Of a stretch of DNA of 10,770 nucleotides, positions 6,757 through 10,770 are shown piece by piece (position 1 is the stretch's first letter; each line of letters begins with the position of its first letter). This DNA comes from Promethearchaeota archaeon. GTDB lineage: Archaea; Asgardarchaeota; Lokiarchaeia; Sigyniarchaeales; SOKP01. The translations under genes were made by a program, and so were the position numbers. The notes under the pieces are model-generated. The model did no database searches and was not told the DNA's origin. It saw only the letters and a program-made list of their open reading frames with translations. The stretch lies in assembly GCA_016930515.1 (NCBI GenBank), contig JAFGGO010000121.1, forward strand, positions 1 to 10,770, written 5' to 3'.

Positions 6757-8124
6757 TTAGACTAAACCAAATGTAAATGTAAGGAAATTTAATACGAGCA
6801 AGTATAATATGGATGCTCCTATATGAATTGCCGCAAAAGAAGCACCAACTTTAGTCAATCGCTTGATATTTAAATTTTCAACCCCATTATCTTCGGCGAT
6901 TTTTAGCGTCATCATATCGCATGCCGCCCCTTGAGGAAGGAAGTTTCCTCCGAGATTAATTCCAATTATGAAAGCGAAGAAAAGAGGGACGGCAGGGATG
7001 CCTTGTCCGATAAGCGTCTGGACGATGGGGATGAATATAAGCGCTGTGGGCGTGTTCGCAACGAAACCTGACATGGCGCTAACGATTAAAAGAATTATTA
7101 AAGACATTACAAAAGATGTTATCATTGCCGAAAAAGGATCTTGAGATGCTATATCGATGCCACCAAATATCAGGGTAAAAATGTCCCGAAATCCTGCGAC
7201 TAATAAACAATGAATAACGACATATAACGATATGAAAAAGAAGATGATTTCCCATTCAATATCTTTAAGCATTGCACTTAATTTGCTTTTGGTATATTTT
7301 GCATTAATAAGAACCATTACAAGAGCACTTATTGCTGCTACAAGAAACAACCATGGCAATACAGCAAATAATATGATTGTTATGATTATAGCAATGCTGT
7401 TGAAATAGAATAAGGTTCGATTTTTTACTACAACATCCGTATCAATTAATTCGAGGACAAACTTTTTCTGTTGATCTTCAATTTTTGGTTCCTTTCTTAA
7501 AATAAATCTCTCTATGAGAAATATAGTTAAGAAGAGGAGAGAAAAAGAAAAAATCCAAAAATATTTGATAAAATACTCCGTATTCAAGAAGAATTGAGTG
7601 GAAATGATAATATTTTCTCCACTGGAAAAAGGAGTAATGATGCTACCAATGTTGATACAAATGGTCATGCCTAATAGGTATGTTCCTGATCGTATTTTTA
7701 GAAAATGGCACAATCTTATAACCACGGGAGCAAGTATTAATACTACAACCACATCGCTTATGATCGAAGCGAGAAGTGTTGTAATAACACATAATAAGTA
7801 AAAAAAAGTTCGTGGATTCCCTTTTGATATTTTAAAAAGCTTGACTGCCAAAAATTCCAAGATGTTGGAGTCTTGGGCTACTTTGGTAATGATGCTCATG
7901 CTGAATATGATTATTATTGCTTGCCATTCTATTGCCTCTGCTATGAATTCTTCGAAGGTTGTTCCGTATATGAACCCCGTAATAGCGGCAGCAACGAAAC
8001 AACACAATAAGGATATTGCAACGAAATCTAATTTTTGAATCGAATAACTCGCTATTATGAGCGCGAAAAACACAAACATCGTGATGAGAATTGGTAAATT
8101 GGAGATTAAGTTTTCGACCGACAT
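6757..8124 (-). CDS. ArsB/NhaD/SLC13 (ion transporter superfamily) permease, P-protein/OCA2-like
   Basis: 455 aa with more than 10 hydrophobic segments and an internal two-fold repeat: IEWQAIIIIFSM vs IEWEIIFFFISL, ASIISDVVVVLILAPV vs SGFVANTPTALIFIPI, NIGSIITPFSSGENI vs NLGGNFLPQGAACDM. Substrate cannot be determined. Confidence 0.85.
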   Translation of the reverse strand: MSVENLISNLPILITMFVFFALIIASYSIQKLDFVAISLLCCFVAAAITGFIYGTTFEEFIAEAIEWQAIIIIFSMSIITKVAQDSNILEFLAVKLFKISKGNPRTFFYLLCVITTLLASIISDVVVVLILAPVVIRLCHFLKIRSGTYLLGMTICINIGSIITPFSSGENIIISTQFFLNTEYFIKYFWIFSFSLLFLTIFLIERFILRKEPKIEDQQKKFVLELIDTDVVVKNRTLFYFNSIAIIITIILFAVLPWLFLVAAISALVMVLINAKYTKSKLSAMLKDIEWEIIFFFISLYVVIHCLLVAGFRDIFTLIFGGIDIASQDPFSAMITSFVMSLIILLIVSAMSGFVANTPTALIFIPIVQTLIGQGIPAVPLFFAFIIGINLGGNFLPQGAACDMMTLKIAEDNGVENLNIKRLTKVGASFAAIHIGASILYLLVLNFLTFTFGLV

Positions 8125-8376
8125 TCTGGAAAAACCGTGAATAAATTTTAATTAGTAAAATAAATTACAAGTAATAAATCTTGAACTTTTCTTTTAATAC
8201 TACTCTTTAATCTCATAATTTGCTATTAGAGGCAATATATATTTTATTTTTAAAAAAAGAGATAAAATTGAATCAGTAATAATAACTTTAGAAATAATAT
8301 AAAGAGAATTCAAGCTAAAAATAATAATTTATTACACTAAGTAGAATTTAATGATAAAAGAAAAGAGAGGAAAATA

Positions 8377-9219
8377 TTATAATAAAAATAGCTTGAGTAA
8401 AAGTATGTCCAATTCGAGCTCTTTTATCAAGGAGAAATTATTAAGAATGTAATCAAAGATTTTTTCTTTGATGTAGTAATTCACGCGAGATGTGTCATCC
8501 ACGTGTTCTTTAATTAATTCCGTAACTCTTTTAACTAAATTGACGATTTGTTTCTCAACGACGACCATGTCGCAATTCATTGGATTAATGTTGATAATAT
8601 TAATACCGCTATTTCTATTAAAGCTTATTTTCTTTAATTCCTCGTTAGATTGAACATAATCATTGTTTGCGTAATTTTTAAACATGTGTTCGATTTTTGA
8701 ATAAATCATGTCTTTTTTAACGAGAGTGAGATGCCCCTCGATTACATTTTGTAATAAGTTTAATATTTGTTGGAAAATACCTAGGAGATCAAAGAATTCT
8801 GCTACATCCATTACGACTTCTGCTTGTTTCCATTGTGTATAATACTCGTCAATTACTTGTTTGAATGGTTCGAAAATATCCGTATTACCAATCCAACTTT
8901 TAGCCCAATACTCTTCGTCTCTGACATATTCTTCTAAGAACGCGTGTTTAATGACATTCAATCTTGACCTGATGAGTTCTGAACCAACGGCCTTGTCGTC
9001 TGCCGCAATAAACAGAAGATTTGAAGTTTTATCTGAAAGATAGACCCACCTCAAGCCACCCATTTCTATGGATTCGATACCTTGCTTGAATTCTACTTCA
9101 GTAAATTGATTTAATGCCGTAAGGAGTCCCGATACGAGATCTTCATTAACAGAAAATTCTTTATAAGGCTTATATAATAACGTAACTCCTGAATTGCTAT
9201 CCATTATCCAAATGTTCAT
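8377..9219 (-). CDS. N-terminal longin-like domain protein with unknown helical C-terminal domain (280 aa)
   Basis: MNIWIMDSNSGVTLLY...EDLVSGLLTALNQF...IESIEMGGLRWVY...LLFIAADD...LNVIKHAFLEEY...NTDIFEPFKQVID follows the longin pattern typical of Asgard proteins. Recognised by eye. Confidence 0.75.
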   Translation of the reverse strand: MNIWIMDSNSGVTLLYKPYKEFSVNEDLVSGLLTALNQFTEVEFKQGIESIEMGGLRWVYLSDKTSNLLFIAADDKAVGSELIRSRLNVIKHAFLEEYVRDEEYWAKSWIGNTDIFEPFKQVIDEYYTQWKQAEVVMDVAEFFDLLGIFQQILNLLQNVIEGHLTLVKKDMIYSKIEHMFKNYANNDYVQSNEELKKISFNRNSGINIININPMNCDMVVVEKQIVNLVKRVTELIKEHVDDTSRVNYYIKEKIFDYILNNFSLIKELELDILLLKLFLL

Positions 9220-9356
9220 ATATGCTTTAGGCTCCCAATACTCGATTTTTAAAATTGATAATAAAATTTTCTATTATATTATTTTTACTTATTTTTTATT
9301 AAAATGCGTCATTGATTGAAAGGGTCCATATCATATATTTCTTTTGAGAGTTTATC

Positions 9357-9854
9357 TCATAATAACTGTTTAAGATCGCTTGTCTTGCAATAATTTTCTA
9401 AATTCCTTAATAACGCCGTTAATTTATTTCTTAACACTAATTCAGCAGCATTTTTCCCCAATAAATTCATAAAGTCGTTAGTTACCTTTAAATTATCGAT
9501 ATAGACGCCAATTTTTGTTTTTGTAGGGGATAACGCCTTTATTCTGAGACGCCCTTCTAAAGCTTGAACATCCTTGTTATTCCGAACATTTAATTCTATC
9601 AATCTCCCCTTGTTTTGTTCCTCGCCCTTGTCGTTCATAACTAATTCACCGGTTAACTCCACAGGAATATTTACAACATCAACTTGATCGACTATATTAC
9701 TCCGAAAAACATTGGGAGATATAAATTCTATATCGATCTTCTTTACAGGAGCGCATTTTTCCCAGATCCCTGGCTTGAAAAGGGCTTTGAGAAAAACATC
9801 CTTGCTGCAATTTTCTATTTCCACAACTTTTGATATAATGTTATTTTTTGACAT
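9357..9854 (-). CDS. Hypothetical protein, probable SRPBCC/START (Bet v1/CoxG-like) fold
   Basis: 165 aa. N-terminal strand then SKDVFLKALFKPGIWEKCAPVKKI (resembles the CoxG-like 'vw..l.dp..l..c.P' pattern), several alternating beta-strands, and a long C-terminal helix (ELVLRNKLTALLRNLENY). Confidence 0.6.
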   Translation of the reverse strand: MSKNNIISKVVEIENCSKDVFLKALFKPGIWEKCAPVKKIDIEFISPNVFRSNIVDQVDVVNIPVELTGELVMNDKGEEQNKGRLIELNVRNNKDVQALEGRLRIKALSPTKTKIGVYIDNLKVTNDFMNLLGKNAAELVLRNKLTALLRNLENYCKTSDLKQLL

Positions 9855-9912
9855 GATTTCGTATGAAATAGTATATGTTTAATTTAATAAAAACTCTAAA
9901 GTTTTTAATAGT

Positions 9913-10434
9913 TTAGATAATGGGAATAATACAATTATGAAAGAATAATTCAGAAATGATAATGAAAAACAATTCGAGTATGGTAAATAAAAGTAAAATT
10001 ACGAGACGAAATTGAAGAGATTTCTTTTTAAGTTCATGATATTTCTCTTGGAGGATTATATGATTCTTAATTTTAAAAATTTTATCCACGAAAAAACCAC
10101 AAGCAAGAAAGAAGAAAGCAAAAAAAGTTATCCAAACATTTAATTCAGGGACTATCTTTAGGGTTTGAACAACTTCGATAAACCAGAATGGAAAGGAAAA
10201 AAGAAAATAGAGACCAATTAGAGGGATTGAACTTAAAAGCGTAAGGAAGCTAGCCACCAAGCATAATTTAAGCACTGATATCGTATTGGTCAGAAAAAAA
10301 CTAGTTAATAAATAATTCGAAAAAGTAATGACGATTGATAAAATGAATGATAAAACTAGAGTGCTTAATATTTGAGAAACGATATAAATTATACAAGTAT
10401 TTTTTTTAGACTCTTCAAGCGAGGGCATTAGCAC
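9913..10434 (-). CDS. Hypothetical integral membrane protein (about 4-5 TM)
   Basis: Very hydrophobic 173-aa ORF. Start is GTG 10434 or ATG 10428, preceded by purine-rich GAAGGGG. No family recognised. Confidence 0.6.
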   Translation of the reverse strand: MLMPSLEESKKNTCIIYIVSQILSTLVLSFILSIVITFSNYLLTSFFLTNTISVLKLCLVASFLTLLSSIPLIGLYFLFSFPFWFIEVVQTLKIVPELNVWITFFAFFFLACGFFVDKIFKIKNHIILQEKYHELKKKSLQFRLVILLLFTILELFFIIISELFFHNCIIPII

Positions 10435-10568
10435 CCCTTCTCTTTCGCAAATAAGCCTCAGCCTTCCTCAGATTTTTTCATTTTTAATAAACTTAAATCA
10501 TCCAAATTTATATTCATCATTGGCTTGTTAAGGGAATAACGCGATATTTGAGTTTAAAAATCGAAATA

Positions 10569-10770
10569 TTATTCTCTAATTAATCTACTTTTTTCAACCG
10601 AATTTTCTGCCTTACAATTCGGACATATCCAAACTGAATCGTTTTTTTTTACTGAATTAATGCAATTTGAACATATCGCTATATCGCAAATACAATAATG
10701 TAGGGTGTCGATAGAATTCTCAAAATTTTTAGAACAAGAAAAGCACGCAGGAGGATTTGCTTTTTCTGGC
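10569..10770 (-). CDS. 5'-truncated Cys8 zinc-finger protein, C4C4 RING-like; absent from the ORF track
   Basis: Manual translation of 10769->10569: PEKANPPACFSCSKNFENSIDTLHYCICDIAICSNCINSVKKNDSVWICPNCKAENSVEKSRLIRE*. Spacing is C-x2-C-x13-C-x-C-x4-C-x2-C-x12-C-x2-C. The frame is open to the window edge. Confidence 0.8.
   Translation of the reverse strand, partial: PEKANPPACFSCSKNFENSIDTLHYCICDIAICSNCINSVKKNDSVWICPNCKAENSVEKSRLIRE

Noticed and set aside
7598-9043. Track ORFs 7598..7801, 7841..8038 and 8861..9043 (+)
   Set aside because: Antisense shadows of the permease and longin genes.
10458-10520. 20-aa - strand ORF MMNINLDDLSLLKMKKSEEG ending in TGA (possible leader peptide or readthrough)
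   Set aside because: Too short to support. Readthrough would hit TAA ten codons later and is out of frame with the downstream membrane gene.
1-10770. CRISPR array, tRNA/rRNA, transposase or integrase
   Set aside because: No regularly spaced repeats, cloverleaf or GC-rich structural RNA segments, or recombinase motifs were seen by eye.

Overview
Low-GC, gene-dense archaeal window, most consistent with an Asgard (Lokiarchaeia-like) genome. This is inferred from two longin-like genes, a RING-like gene and an F420-binding domain, not proven. The + strand carries a coiled-coil protein, nfnA, a 904-aa NfnB fusion, an isocitrate-type beta-decarboxylating dehydrogenase and a 51-aa ORF missing from the ORF track. 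The fusion carries a wHTH-like region, a 2x[4Fe-4S] ferredoxin domain and a complete FrhB/FpoF-type F420-binding domain N-terminal to NfnB. It is the main candidate for a new system: a putative F420-coupled electron-bifurcating Nfn transhydrogenase. The - strand carries a partial C4C4 (NOT4-like spacing) RING protein missing from the track, a membrane protein, an SRPBCC/START-like protein, a longin-domain protein and an ArsB/NhaD/SLC13 permease. It also carries a second longin gene, missed by the track because it has no canonical start codon. No rRNA, tRNA, CRISPR array or transposase was recognised.
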